Shown: positions 48,263 to 58,559, counted from the stretch's first letter. The stretch: DNA of 64,000 nt from an uncultured Bifidobacteriaceae bacterium (GCA_964501785.1 CAZCUD010000002.1:197836-261835); one strand, 5' to 3'. The notes: generated by a model from the letters alone, not told the origin. A program made the numbers and translations.

Positions 48263-49000
48263 GTGCCTCCCATCGCCCGTCCACTCCCCGGTCTCGACGA
48301 GGGGTCGGGGCCCGCCATCCTCCTGCTGCACGGGTTCGGGATGGACCCGGAGGCGTACCGGCCCACCGTCGAGCTCCTCGCGCGTCGGACGCGAGTGGTG
48401 GCGCCCGACCTGTTCGCCCTGCCGGAGCGCTGGACCTACCTCCACGCGCTCGACTGCCTCGAGGCGACGCTCGACGCGGCCGGCCTGGACCGGGTGACGG
48501 TGCTGGGCCACTCGTTCGGCGGGGCGCTCGAGCTCGGCTTCGCTGCCCGTCGGCCCGAGCGAGTGGTCGAGTGCGTGTTCAGCGACACGCTCGCCCTGGA
48601 CGAGCGCCTCTCGCTCGCGATCGAGGCCGTGCACCCGCTCGGCATCGCGCGCATGGTCACCCGTCGCGCCATCGGCGCGTTCGTCCACACGACCGCCACG
48701 CATCCGCTCCAGCTCGCGCGCGCCGCGCTCTGGGCCTTCGCGCACGATCGCGATCCGGAGATCGACGACATCGTCCGCGCAGGTGTCCCGTGCCACGTGC
48801 TCTGGGCCGAGCGCGACACGATCCTGGCGCGCGCCGACGGACAGGCGTTCGCCGACCGGCTGCACGCGACGTTCACCGTCGCCGAACGCCCCGCCGGGTA
48901 CGCGCCGATCGACCACGACTGGATGTTCGACGACCCCGAGCTCTTCGTCGCACACCTCGAGGCGCTCCCGCTCGCCGCGCCGGTCGGCCGTCGATCGTGA
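48263..49000 (+). CDS. alpha/beta hydrolase
   Basis: LLHGF, GHSFGG nucleophile and late His (IDHDW). Confidence 0.88.
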   Translation: MPPIARPLPGLDEGSGPAILLLHGFGMDPEAYRPTVELLARRTRVVAPDLFALPERWTYLHALDCLEATLDAAGLDRVTVLGHSFGGALELGFAARRPERVVECVFSDTLALDERLSLAIEAVHPLGIARMVTRRAIGAFVHTTATHPLQLARAALWAFAHDRDPEIDDIVRAGVPCHVLWAERDTILARADGQAFADRLHATFTVAERPAGYAPIDHDWMFDDPELFVAHLEALPLAAPVGRRS

Positions 49001-49671
49001 TCACCCAGATCTACGGGATCACGACACCGGCCGACGCCGCAGTCGTCGCCGCGCTCGGCCCCGATCACGTCGGAGTCGTGGTCGACGAGGGCATCGACAC
49101 CTGGGACTCCGTCGACGAGGCGACGGCCCGTGCGATCGTGCGCGAGCTCGGCGGGTGCCGCGTCGTCGCGCTCTCGCTCTCCACCGATCGCGATCGGGTG
49201 CTGCGCACGGTGGACACCCTGGCGCCCGCCATCGTGCACCTCGCACGGGCCGTCGGCGGGCTCGGCGTCGACGGGGTGGCTTCGTTGCGCGACGCCGTCG
49301 CCCCCGTCGAGGTGATGACGACGATCCCGGTGCGCGGACCCGACGCGGTCGAGGATGCACGCTCCTTCGCACCCGCCAGCGACTGGTTGCTCCTCGACAC
49401 CGCCCATCCCGACACCGGCGTCGTCGGCGCTTCGGGGCTCACCCACGACTGGTCGTGGAGTCGCGCAGTCGTGGACGCGGTCGCCCGGCCCGTCCTGCTC
49501 GCCGGCGGACTCGGGCCCGACAACGTCGCCGAGGCGATCGCCACGGTTCGCCCGGCCGGCGTCGACTCGGAGACCCGCACCAGCCGCGACGACGACCGCC
49601 GCCGCAAGGATCCCGCACGGGTCCGCCGCTTCCTCGAGCTCGCCCGAGCAGCAGCGCCTCACGAGGTGTGA
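48997..49671 (+). CDS. phosphoribosylanthranilate isomerase (TrpF)-like protein
   Basis: QIYGIT, LLDT, GASGLTHDW, LAGGLGPDNV and GVDS; GTGA overlap with the hydrolase. Confidence 0.8.
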   Translation: MITQIYGITTPADAAVVAALGPDHVGVVVDEGIDTWDSVDEATARAIVRELGGCRVVALSLSTDRDRVLRTVDTLAPAIVHLARAVGGLGVDGVASLRDAVAPVEVMTTIPVRGPDAVEDARSFAPASDWLLLDTAHPDTGVVGASGLTHDWSWSRAVVDAVARPVLLAGGLGPDNVAEAIATVRPAGVDSETRTSRDDDRRRKDPARVRRFLELARAAAPHEV

Positions 49672-49757
49672 CGACCGACACACCCCCTGACCGATAAGCG
49701 CCCCTCCCCCGGTTCGTCAGGAACGACGAACGGGAAGCACGACGAGGGAGGGCCCCG

Positions 49758-50162
49758 ATGGCAGCACCGAGCAGCACCACCGAGATCACCACTGCGACCG
49801 GTCGGCGAGCAGAGCAGCGCTACCGGCCCGAGCCCACGGCGCCGGCACAGGCCCGGGCGTTCGTCGACGAGTTCCTGACGTCGGTCGGAGCCCCGGAGCT
49901 GGACGAGCGGGCCGAGCTGCTGACGGCCGAGATGGTCGCCGACGCCGTGCGGCACGCGCCCTCGCAGGTCGTCGTGCGGATCGCCTTCGACCGCGGCGGG
50001 CTGCGGGTCGAGATCAGCGACGACCCCGGCATCATCGCCGACCCCGCGGCCGGCAAGGCCGACCGTGAGCGCACCAGGCGCCACGCCGACACGATGGCGA
50101 GCCGGTGGGGCTCGAGCTACACCCGCGACACGACCACGACCTGGTTCGAGCTGGCCGCCTGA
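49758..50162 (+). CDS. RsbW-like/HATPase_c ATP-binding regulatory protein
   Basis: ARAFV, LLTAEMVADAVRH, LRVEISDD and WFEL. Confidence 0.75.
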   Translation: MAAPSSTTEITTATGRRAEQRYRPEPTAPAQARAFVDEFLTSVGAPELDERAELLTAEMVADAVRHAPSQVVVRIAFDRGGLRVEISDDPGIIADPAAGKADRERTRRHADTMASRWGSSYTRDTTTTWFELAA

Positions 50163-50258
50163 GCGACGTCCGCCGCGGTCTCGTCCGGTCCGCGCCCCCG
50201 ATCCGGAGAGGCTCCGCTACCCTCGCCGCCGCATCGGACGCCAGACGATCACGGAGGC

Positions 50259-51269
50259 ATGGTGCGCAGTCTCGTCAGAGCACTGGTGGGGGTGATGGTG
50301 CTCGCGACGGCGTTCGTGCTCCCCCTCCCCTCGGCCGGTGCGCAGGAGCTCGAGTGCAACGGCTCGGCGGCGCTGTGCGACCGGAGCCTCGGCGAGGTCG
50401 CCTTCGCCACCTCCCACAACTCCATGTCGTCGTCGGCGGCCGGGTTCCAGGGCCCGAACCAGGGTGCGACGGTCGCGGATCAGCTGCGCGACGGGATACG
50501 CGGCTTCCAGATCGACGCCTACCGCGGCGCGCCCCGTGGGTCTCGGATCTGGACCGACCTCGACGGCATCGTGGAGCGCAAGGCGAGCGAGCTCCCCCGA
50601 CCGCTGCTCGCGCTCGCGCGCCAGACCCATCGCCGGCTCGGCGCGCCCCCCGACGACGTCGAGCGCGAGGTGTACCTCTGCCACACGCTCTGCGAGATCG
50701 GCGCGACACCGATGCGGGAGTTCGCCGACGACGTCAAGGCGTTCCTCGACGAGAACCCGAGCTCGGTGCTCCCGATCGTGATCGAGGACTACGTGGCGCC
50801 CGAGGAGCTCATGCAGGTGTTCACCGACGCCGGCCTCGCGTCGGAGCTGCTCGAGGTGCAGCCCGGAGCACCGCTCCCGACGCTGGGCGAGATGATCCGG
50901 TCGGGCAAGCGTCTCTTCGTCACCCTGGAGTTCGGCGACGGCGGTCCGGCGCTCTCCAACGCGTTCGCCGGGCTCGTCGAGGAGACTCCGTTCAACTTCC
51001 CTCGGGGTCGCGACCTGCGGAAGCCGCAGTCGTGTGCTCCGCACCGCGGCGTCGACGGATCGCCGGTGTTCCAGTTCAACCACTGGGTCACGCCCGCACG
51101 ACGGCGCGGGATCAGCGAGATCAACGAGCAGATGCTCCGTGAGCGCGTCGCGGCCTGCAGGGAGGCCCGCGGTCGGCTCCCGACGCTCGTCGCCGTCGAC
51201 TTCGCCGAGACAGGCGACGTCCTCGACGTCGTGGACGAGCTGAACGGGATCGCCGCACCCACCGGGTAG
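50259..51269 (+). CDS. secreted PI-PLC-like phosphodiesterase
   Basis: CNGSAALCDR, TSHNS, QLRDGIRGFQID, YLCH and NHW. Confidence 0.8.
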   Translation: MVRSLVRALVGVMVLATAFVLPLPSAGAQELECNGSAALCDRSLGEVAFATSHNSMSSSAAGFQGPNQGATVADQLRDGIRGFQIDAYRGAPRGSRIWTDLDGIVERKASELPRPLLALARQTHRRLGAPPDDVEREVYLCHTLCEIGATPMREFADDVKAFLDENPSSVLPIVIEDYVAPEELMQVFTDAGLASELLEVQPGAPLPTLGEMIRSGKRLFVTLEFGDGGPALSNAFAGLVEETPFNFPRGRDLRKPQSCAPHRGVDGSPVFQFNHWVTPARRRGISEINEQMLRERVAACREARGRLPTLVAVDFAETGDVLDVVDELNGIAAPTG

Positions 51270-51278
51270 GGTCCGCGC

Positions 51279-51716
51279 ATGAGCGTGATCGTCGCCGTGG
51301 ACGGCTCCGACGTCGCACTCGAAGCAGCCACCAAGGGCCTCGAGCTCCTCGGCCGCCCCGACGACACGGTGATCGTCACCGTGGTGCCCGCCGCGGACCC
51401 GATGATCGTGACGGGCACCGGCATGGCCGGCGGCACGATGTCCGAGCAGGACTACGAGCGGCTCCGGGAGGCGACCCAGGACGAGGGCGAGTCAGTGGTC
51501 GCCGCCGCGGCCACGGCCTTGGGGATGCCCGGGGCGGAGACCCGGGTGCTCCAGGGCGACGCGGCCCGCACCCTCTGCGAGCTCGCCGAACAGCTCTCGG
51601 CCCGAGCGATCGTCATCGGCTCACGAGGGCGCGGCGGCGTCGCACGGGCGCTGCTCGGGTCGGTGTCCGACCACGTCGTGCGCAACGCCCCCTGCCCGGT
51701 GGTCATCACCTCGTAG
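51279..51716 (+). CDS. universal stress protein
   Basis: VAVDGS; GSRGRGG..LLGSVSDHVVRNAPCPV. Confidence 0.95.
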   Translation: MSVIVAVDGSDVALEAATKGLELLGRPDDTVIVTVVPAADPMIVTGTGMAGGTMSEQDYERLREATQDEGESVVAAAATALGMPGAETRVLQGDAARTLCELAEQLSARAIVIGSRGRGGVARALLGSVSDHVVRNAPCPVVITS

Positions 51717-51969
51717 CGAACGTCCGGGGCGGGCGGCTCGCGGCGCCCGGCGCACGCGAGTCGAAAGAGAAGGTGACGACCAGCAGGCCCGCCCCCGTGA
51801 GCACCGCCACGTCTGTGCACGTTCGCAAGCGGAGGACGTTCGGGCGGATCCGCTCGGTATGGGCGAACGTGCGCAGCGTCGGACCTGCTGGCCGTCGGAG
51901 CGGAGACTGCCTGGGCCGGGTTGTGGGCCCGTGTCCGATCCATGACGGTTCTGCGCGATCGCGCCCCGA

Positions 51970-52680
51970 TCACTGACGGGGCCGGCGGAATCCCACCGAG
52001 CCGTGGCGCCCCGTCGGGCGGAGGGTGACCGTGAGGGCCCCCGCGTGCGTCTCGTGCTTGCGCCCGGCGCCGACGACCTCGGCCAGAGTCGCGGCCGACC
52101 GGGCGACGGCCTCCTCGACGGTGTCGGTGCCGACGTCGTAGAGGGTGAGGTGGTTGGGGCCGACTCGCCGGCGCGGCACCCGACGCCAGCGCGACATCGC
52201 CCGGAAGGCACCGCACGACAGCATGTCGGGGACGTGCTGATCGTCGTACCAGGCATCCCACTCGGCCTCCCGGCCCGGGTCGTTGCACAGCACGTGGGTG
52301 AGGATGTGACCGCGCAGCGCCGCCGAAGGCTCGGGCTTCACGCCGTACCGGCCGTGGGCCTCGAAGACGTCGGCACCCACCGCCACGTGCGCGGGGTGGA
52401 CGTCGCCTGCCGCGCGGAGCCGATCATCGGCCGCGAGGACTCGAGCCGCCTGGTCCGAGACGTCGGGCGCGTCGAGCTCGTAGATCGTCACGTGGGTGAA
52501 GCCGATCCCCGGCATGCCGGGCTCGGGGCGCGCGGTCAGCTCGAACCGGGTCGCGATCCACGCGCCGTCGTCCGCGCACAGCGCGGGGACGTGCACGTCC
52601 TCCTCCCACCGGTCCCACGCGGCTTCGTCGGCCGCCCGGTTGCACTTCGCGTACGCGACCAGCAGCCCCGTCGTCGTCAT
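51970..52680 (-). CDS. tandem dimeric alpha+beta barrel protein (EthD/DUF4286-like)
   Basis: Two repeats of C-N...W..W...HVP. Confidence 0.65.
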   Translation of the reverse strand: MTTTGLLVAYAKCNRAADEAAWDRWEEDVHVPALCADDGAWIATRFELTARPEPGMPGIGFTHVTIYELDAPDVSDQAARVLAADDRLRAAGDVHPAHVAVGADVFEAHGRYGVKPEPSAALRGHILTHVLCNDPGREAEWDAWYDDQHVPDMLSCGAFRAMSRWRRVPRRRVGPNHLTLYDVGTDTVEEAVARSAATLAEVVGAGRKHETHAGALTVTLRPTGRHGSVGFRRPRQ

Positions 52681-52846
52681 CGCCGACGACGGTAGCGGCG
52701 CGCCGATCGGCGAGAGCGTGCTCGCCCGGCGCGGACCGCACGGCCAGTTCGACCTTCGCGTGCACCGGAGATCCCGGGCGCTGCGTCGGCGCGGTAGTAC
52801 CGTGAGGGCGTCCCGGTCGGATCGACCGCGGGAACGGGGGCGGACA

Positions 52847-53821
52847 GTGCGCGCAGGTGCCAGGGCGGGAGCGCTCCTCACGATCTCGGCACTCGCGATC
52901 CTCGGGGCGGTGCCCACCGTCGCGCGTGCCGGCGCGGCGACGGTGACCGAGACGTTCGCCACCCCGGGGACACACCTCTTCACCGTGCCCGCCGGCGTCA
53001 CCGAGCTCACCGTCCTCGTCGACGGCGCCGCCGGTGGAGCCGGGTTCGAGAACGCCGCGCCCGCCGGGCTCGGAGGCCGCACCGTCTCGGTCATCGAGGT
53101 CGTGCCCGGCGAGGTGCTCCAGATCAACGTCGCCGCGCAGGGCGGTGCTGCACCCGCAGTCGATGTCGGTGGCACCGGCGGCTCCGGCGGGGCAAGTGGC
53201 GACGCGTCCGGCGGCACCGGTGGCGCGTCACCGGCCCAGGGCGGCGCGGGTGCCGGTGGCGGCGGTGGGGGGAGCTCGGACGTCCGCGCCTCGCCCTACG
53301 CGCTCTCCGACCGGCTGCTCGCCGCGGGGGGCGGCGGCGGCGCAGGCGGTGGTCTCGACACCGGCGGGGAGGGACCGTTCGACGGGCAGGCGGGCGGCGA
53401 CGGTGGCGGCACCGCGGGGGTCGACGGTGAGGGCGCGTCCATCTGTGGCGCCCCGCCACCCCCGACCGAGGGCGGTGGGGGCGCGACCCAGAGCGGACCG
53501 GGCATCGGGTGCGGCGCCGCTGACGACGGCGAGCTCGGGCTCGGCGGCGACGGGCTGACCAGCCTCAACACCGGCGCCGGGCAGGGCGGCGGCGGTGGCG
53601 GCGGCGGCCTCTACGGCGGGGGCGGCGGCTTCACCAACGACAGCCCCGGTGGCGGTGGCGGCGGGGGTGGCTCCGGCCTGTGCACGGGGACCTGCGAGAC
53701 GTTCGCCGCCGGCGTGCAGGCCGGCGACGGCGTCGTGACGATCACCTACGTGCTGCCACCCGACCCACCGGCGCCGACACCGCTCGTCCCGCTGGTCGTC
53801 GAACCGCGCTTCACCGGCTGA
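52847..53821 (+). CDS. secreted glycine-rich (ALK/LTK-type) domain protein ending PRFTG
   Basis: Signal peptide; FTVPAGVT, GAGGGGGGSSDVR and GDGVVTITY; Pro-rich tail. Confidence 0.8.
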   Translation: MRAGARAGALLTISALAILGAVPTVARAGAATVTETFATPGTHLFTVPAGVTELTVLVDGAAGGAGFENAAPAGLGGRTVSVIEVVPGEVLQINVAAQGGAAPAVDVGGTGGSGGASGDASGGTGGASPAQGGAGAGGGGGGSSDVRASPYALSDRLLAAGGGGGAGGGLDTGGEGPFDGQAGGDGGGTAGVDGEGASICGAPPPPTEGGGGATQSGPGIGCGAADDGELGLGGDGLTSLNTGAGQGGGGGGGGLYGGGGGFTNDSPGGGGGGGGSGLCTGTCETFAAGVQAGDGVVTITYVLPPDPPAPTPLVPLVVEPRFTG

Positions 53822-53888
53822 ACCTCTCCCACGCGCTTGCGCGCCGGGTTGCCCCGTGCTCCGATGTGGCGGGGCGGCGAGAGGACGA

Positions 53889-54443
53889 ATGATGCGGCAC
53901 GCGTTCCGAGCGCTCTCGCTCGTCTCCACCATGGTCTTGCTCACCGCGGGGACCTTGGTCGCCATCGCGACTCCCGGCGGCGCGCAGGAGATCGTCGCCA
54001 CCGACTGCGGGTCGAAGACCTACCGCTTCCTCTTCTGGCCCGACGGGCACGGCGCGCTGAAGTCCGTCCCCCACCCGGCCACAGACGTCCCGCACCTCGA
54101 CGTCTACTCCGGCACGGGCAAGAAGTTCTCCGACGCGCAGAACGTCGCGTACGCCGACGGCGTCTCCGCCACGACCGGCGCCGCGTGCACACCGACCGCG
54201 CTCCCCGGCAGCGGCAGCGCGACGCTGAAGAGCAACTTCGGGAAGCCGAAGATGCTGGTCTGCAAGTTCCCGTCGAACCCGACCTTCGTCGCGATCCCCG
54301 AGTCGACCGTCGAGCTGCCCAGCCTCTCGGCGACCGTCGACGACGCGCTCGCGGTGCACGCGCAGATGGGATCGTCGGCCGAGGTCGCGTCGACGATCGA
54401 CTACGACGGAAAGCTCTGCAAGCTTAAGAAGTCGCCGAAGTAG
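53889..54443 (+). CDS. secreted hypothetical protein (4 Cys)
   Basis: Signal peptide, GAGG RBS and coding-like codon usage. Confidence 0.7.
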   Translation: MMRHAFRALSLVSTMVLLTAGTLVAIATPGGAQEIVATDCGSKTYRFLFWPDGHGALKSVPHPATDVPHLDVYSGTGKKFSDAQNVAYADGVSATTGAACTPTALPGSGSATLKSNFGKPKMLVCKFPSNPTFVAIPESTVELPSLSATVDDALAVHAQMGSSAEVASTIDYDGKLCKLKKSPK

Positions 54444-54498
54444 TCGCTCGGTCGAACCTCGAAGGTCCGCTGCGTCGGATCGGGCTCACGACATCAGG

Positions 54499-55611
54499 AT
54501 GGTGCGCGACCTAGCGTCACCGTTCGTGGACATGACGCCGTTCGTCGACGCGGGGTTCCTCGATCCGTCGGCTCCGGACGCGGACACCACGGCGATGCTC
54601 GAGTATCTCCACGGCTTGGGCGTCCCCGTCGACGAGCTGCTCGCCGAGTTCCACGCCGGCGACATCCACTCCGCCGGCGTCACCCATCTGCTCCGTGACG
54701 GTGACCTGTCTGCCGCGCAAGCTGCAGAGCTCCTCGACGAGAGCCCCGATCGTGTGCTCGCGCTGTACCGCGTGCTCGGGGTGGCGCTGCCCGACGTCCA
54801 TGCTCCGCGCTTGCGGCGCGACGAGGTGGACGCGATGCGAACGCTCCTCGCCGCGAGCGACGCGATGGGCGGGGAAGAAGCCGACGAGATCCTCCGGGTC
54901 GCTTCCTCTGCGCTGACCCAGGTCGCCGAGGCCGTCGTCGCGACGTTCGTCGGCGGAATTGACGCTCGCGCCGCCGACGACGCGTCGATCCCCCATCTCG
55001 CCCGAGCCCAGATGACCCAGGTCATGGCCGAGGCCGGGCTCGAGCTTGGCCGCATGCTGGGCCTGCTCTTCCGCTACCACGTCTGGGCGGCCGTCGAGCG
55101 CCAGCGCGCGTCCATGGCCGAAGCGTCCAACCGGCACACGCGCGCCATGGCGATCGGGTTCGTCGACCTCGTCGGCTTCACCCCGCTCACCTCCGAGATG
55201 TCTGCCGACGAGCTCGTCGCGTTCGTCGGGAGGTTCGAGGCACGTTCGCGCGACATCGCCGGCGCGGCCGGTGGGCGGGTCGTCAAGACGATCGATGACG
55301 AGGTGATGGTGTCGGCACTGACCGCCGACTCCGGGCTGGCGATCATGCTCGCCCTCATCGCAGAGTTCCGCGCGTCGGGCACCACGCCCCGAGGTGGCAT
55401 GGCCGCCGGCGCCGTGGTCAGCCGGCACGGTGACTACTTCGGGTCGATCGTCAACCTCGCGTCACGCCTGGTCGACGAAGCGGTCCCCGGCGAGGTGCTC
55501 GTCGACGTCGACTCCGCGCAGCAGCTGACGGCGACGCGCTACGAGCCCGCCGGTCGTCGAAGTCTCAAGGGCTTCGCCGACCCGGTCCGAGTCGTGTCCG
55601 TCTCCGTCTGA
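54499..55611 (+). CDS. class III adenylate/guanylate cyclase with N-terminal regulatory domain
   Basis: GFVDLVGFT, KTIDDEVM and DYFGSIVNLASRL. Confidence 0.9.
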   Translation: MVRDLASPFVDMTPFVDAGFLDPSAPDADTTAMLEYLHGLGVPVDELLAEFHAGDIHSAGVTHLLRDGDLSAAQAAELLDESPDRVLALYRVLGVALPDVHAPRLRRDEVDAMRTLLAASDAMGGEEADEILRVASSALTQVAEAVVATFVGGIDARAADDASIPHLARAQMTQVMAEAGLELGRMLGLLFRYHVWAAVERQRASMAEASNRHTRAMAIGFVDLVGFTPLTSEMSADELVAFVGRFEARSRDIAGAAGGRVVKTIDDEVMVSALTADSGLAIMLALIAEFRASGTTPRGGMAAGAVVSRHGDYFGSIVNLASRLVDEAVPGEVLVDVDSAQQLTATRYEPAGRRSLKGFADPVRVVSVSV

Positions 55612-55647
55612 AGCACTCGCGCGTGCGGTGTGGCAGGCGGAAGCGCC

Positions 55648-56247
55648 CTACGCGGGACCTGCCTGCGCGATCACATCGAGCTCCGCGTCCAATCGCTCGG
55701 CCGACAGCTCGCCGAACGCGACCCGGGCCGACCCGTCGGGCTGCACGAACACCCACGCGGGCTGACCGAGCACGCGGAATCGGCGCCAGAGGCTGCCGTC
55801 GTCGTCCACGGTGTGCGGGAGGAAGCCGAGCGAGTACTGGTCGACGAACTCCCGCATCGCGTCGCGGTCGTCCCGGCCCGCCATCCCCACGATCGGCACC
55901 TGGTCGGCTCGTCGTCGAGCGACCTGCTCCACCCCGGGAGCCTCCCGGTTGCACGGCGTGCACCACGGCGCCCAGAACCAGAGCGCCACGCCGCGGTCGC
56001 GGTACTCGTCGCCGCGCAACGTGCCGCCGTCGAGGAGTGGCGCCTCGAACTCGAACACTTCGGGGATCTCGATGGCGCCGAGCTCGGCCGCACCCGGGAA
56101 CGAACGGAGCTCGGTCGCTCCCGAGGATGATCCGGCCTCCGACGGCGACTCGTCATCACGGCCGGAGGTCGCGGCCACCACGATCGCGCCGACGACCACG
56201 AGGATCCCGCCGGCGAGGAGGATGCGGACCCACAGGCGAGACGGCAT
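55648..56247 (-). CDS. TlpA/DsbF-like thioredoxin
   Basis: TM anchor, WFWAPWCTPCNREA and GQPAWVF. Confidence 0.9.
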   Translation of the reverse strand: MPSRLWVRILLAGGILVVVGAIVVAATSGRDDESPSEAGSSSGATELRSFPGAAELGAIEIPEVFEFEAPLLDGGTLRGDEYRDRGVALWFWAPWCTPCNREAPGVEQVARRRADQVPIVGMAGRDDRDAMREFVDQYSLGFLPHTVDDDGSLWRRFRVLGQPAWVFVQPDGSARVAFGELSAERLDAELDVIAQAGPA

Positions 56248-56358
56248 GCCGCGAGGGTTCGGAGCCGACCCGCGGGCCGGATGATGCGAGACGTCGAGGT
56301 GACCGCGACCCGACGCAGATACATTTCCGCTCGGCTCAGGGAGTCGAAGGGGGTACAG

Positions 56359-57033
56359 GTGAAGAAGGCGGCGGTCGTCCTGCTCGTGTCCGGCGTCGGG
56401 TGGATCGTGCTCTACTCCGCCAGCTTCACCGCTCTCGGAGGCTCGGTCCCGACCGTCGAGTCGAGCGGTCGCGAGATCGTCGAATGGTTCACCGATCACG
56501 CGACGAACGCCCAGGTCTACGCGTGGACGGCGACGTTCGCGGCGCTCGCGCTCACCGTCTTCGGCGGCGTGGGAGCGAACCTCCTCCCCAAGCCCAACCG
56601 CTACGTCTTCTTCGGCGGGGTGTTGGGTTGGGTCATCACGGGGCAGGTGCAGGCCTGGTTCTGGGCGGGCCTGGCACTGCACCCCGGAGATCTCGACCCG
56701 GCCACGGCTCGCACGATCTTCGACATCCCGCAGTACTGGGGTCCGATCGTGAACGGATCAACCATGACCATGGCCGCGGCACTCGTCCCGCTCGCGTTCG
56801 GCGCGTCGCGGCTCATCCCTCGCTGGCTCGGATGGCTGAGCGTCGTCTTCTTCGTCGAGCAGGGCATCGAGACGATCACCGTGTTCGGCAAGAGCGGCTT
56901 CATCGCGCCGGGCGGCGCCATGAACCTCTACCTCGGTGGCGCGATCGGCATGGCCTGGGTGATCGGCCTGCTGTGCTGGGGCGTCAAGCGGGCGAACCTG
57001 GACGAGTCGCGGCTCGACCACGGTCGGACCTGA
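56359..57033 (+). CDS. multi-pass membrane protein, unknown function
   Basis: 6-7 hydrophobic segments. Confidence 0.7.
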   Translation: MKKAAVVLLVSGVGWIVLYSASFTALGGSVPTVESSGREIVEWFTDHATNAQVYAWTATFAALALTVFGGVGANLLPKPNRYVFFGGVLGWVITGQVQAWFWAGLALHPGDLDPATARTIFDIPQYWGPIVNGSTMTMAAALVPLAFGASRLIPRWLGWLSVVFFVEQGIETITVFGKSGFIAPGGAMNLYLGGAIGMAWVIGLLCWGVKRANLDESRLDHGRT

Positions 57034-57257
57034 CCCTCGCACACCCTCCGCGGGGACCAGACTGCGGAGCGGTGTCGGGACCAGCGGTCACACATGCGCG
57101 GCGGGGCGTTGCCGGAGTCGGCGCGGGACTCTGGACCATCGACGGGACGGTGATCGCCGGGTCACCCGGACGCGAGCAGCTGCCCAAACGATGATCCCGG
57201 CCACCGCGTCGCGGTGAAGACCTTCGACGCACTCTCGCTCCACGTTGCCCCCAGAGA

Positions 57258-57833
57258 GTGAGCGTGGACATGAACGGTGCCACCGCGCTCGTCCAGGCCG
57301 GAACCGAGTTTCGTCCCCGGCTGTCGCTCGTGTCACCGTCCGACTGGGCGCGGCCCACGCCGTGTGACGACTGGTGCGTCCGCGACCTCGTCGATCACGT
57401 TGTCGGCGGCAACTTCCGATACGTCATGATCCTGGGCGGTCATGACAGCGATGCCGTCGTCGCGACCCGCACCGAGGACTGGTTGGAGGCGGGTGCCATG
57501 TCGGCGTTCGACCTCGGCCTGCGCGCCGTCACCGAGGCCTTCGCTCGACCAGGAGTGCTCGCGGCTCGGGTTGAGCACCCCAAGGTCGGTACCGTGACCG
57601 GCGCACAGCTCCGCGTGCTCCGGGTCAACGAGCTGGCGGTGCACGCATGGGATCTCGCCCAGGCCATTGGTGCTGCCGAACAGCTCGCCGGGCCCCTCAG
57701 CCAGTGGCTGTACGAACAGCTCCAACCGCTGCGATCGACGCTCGGCCTCCACCGGGAGCCTCGGCGGCTCTCGCCGGCGAACGTGACCAGTCAGGACCGG
57801 CTGCTCGCGCTGCTCGGCCGGCAACCAACGTGA
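57258..57833 (+). CDS. TIGR03086/MDMPI-like metal-binding protein
   Basis: PTPCDDWCVRDLVDHV and ELAVHAWDLA. Confidence 0.88.
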   Translation: MSVDMNGATALVQAGTEFRPRLSLVSPSDWARPTPCDDWCVRDLVDHVVGGNFRYVMILGGHDSDAVVATRTEDWLEAGAMSAFDLGLRAVTEAFARPGVLAARVEHPKVGTVTGAQLRVLRVNELAVHAWDLAQAIGAAEQLAGPLSQWLYEQLQPLRSTLGLHREPRRLSPANVTSQDRLLALLGRQPT

Positions 57834-57974
57834 ACCAGCGACCCGCAGCCACGTCAACGCGCGCCACGCAGCCGGCGACCGTCGCAACGGGACCTCCCCC
57901 GAATGAGGTCGACTTCCGTGGTGTTCTAGTGGGCCACGCGGCGAAAGCAACGGTTGGTGGCGCGGCGCCCGCGC

Positions 57975-58559
57975 TCAGCGCTCACTGAGGGACCGCAGCT
58001 CCTCGGGAGCCCACGCGGGCCACGTCGGCGCTTCCACGAGCGCACCTCGCTCGAAGCGCGCGACGATCCGATACGGCGACGCCGCGGCGGTGTTGTCGTA
58101 GACCAACACTTCGTCGACGATCCCGATGGCGTCCGCGACGAGCGCCCACAGACGCTGGTAGCGCCCGCGGATCTTCTCCTCCGGCACGGCGTGTCCGCCA
58201 TGCTCGACGCGCTGAGCGACCCGCGCGACGGCGAGCGCTTCCGGGACCATCACGACGTGCAACGTGACGAGGTAGCCCGCGTCTCGCGCCGAACGCACGA
58301 GGTCGAGCTTCGACTCGTGCGAGAAGACGGTCTCCGCGATGAACGAGCGTCTCGAAGCGATGAGCCCGTCGCGCTCCTCGGCAGCGAGCCGCGCGGCCTC
58401 GTACGCGTTGCGCGCCGCATCCTCGGGCCAACGTCGCGCCGCGATGACATCCGCGTTCACGAATGGCAGGTGCGTCGTGGGCTCGATCACCCGCTCGCAG
58501 AGGAGTGACTTCCCCGCACCGTTCGGCCCGACGACCAGGTGCAGGACCGGGTCGCGCAC
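57975..58559 (-). CDS. zeta-toxin/P-loop kinase family toxin
   Basis: GPNGAGKS, FVNADVIA, FIAETVF, RVAQRVEHGGH and YDN. Confidence 0.88.
   Translation of the reverse strand: MRDPVLHLVVGPNGAGKSLLCERVIEPTTHLPFVNADVIAARRWPEDAARNAYEAARLAAEERDGLIASRRSFIAETVFSHESKLDLVRSARDAGYLVTLHVVMVPEALAVARVAQRVEHGGHAVPEEKIRGRYQRLWALVADAIGIVDEVLVYDNTAAASPYRIVARFERGALVEAPTWPAWAPEELRSLSER

Noticed and set aside
53020-53680. GGC-rich repeats as CRISPR or VNTR
   Set aside because: They are Gly codons of the glycine-rich protein; there is no repeat-spacer structure.
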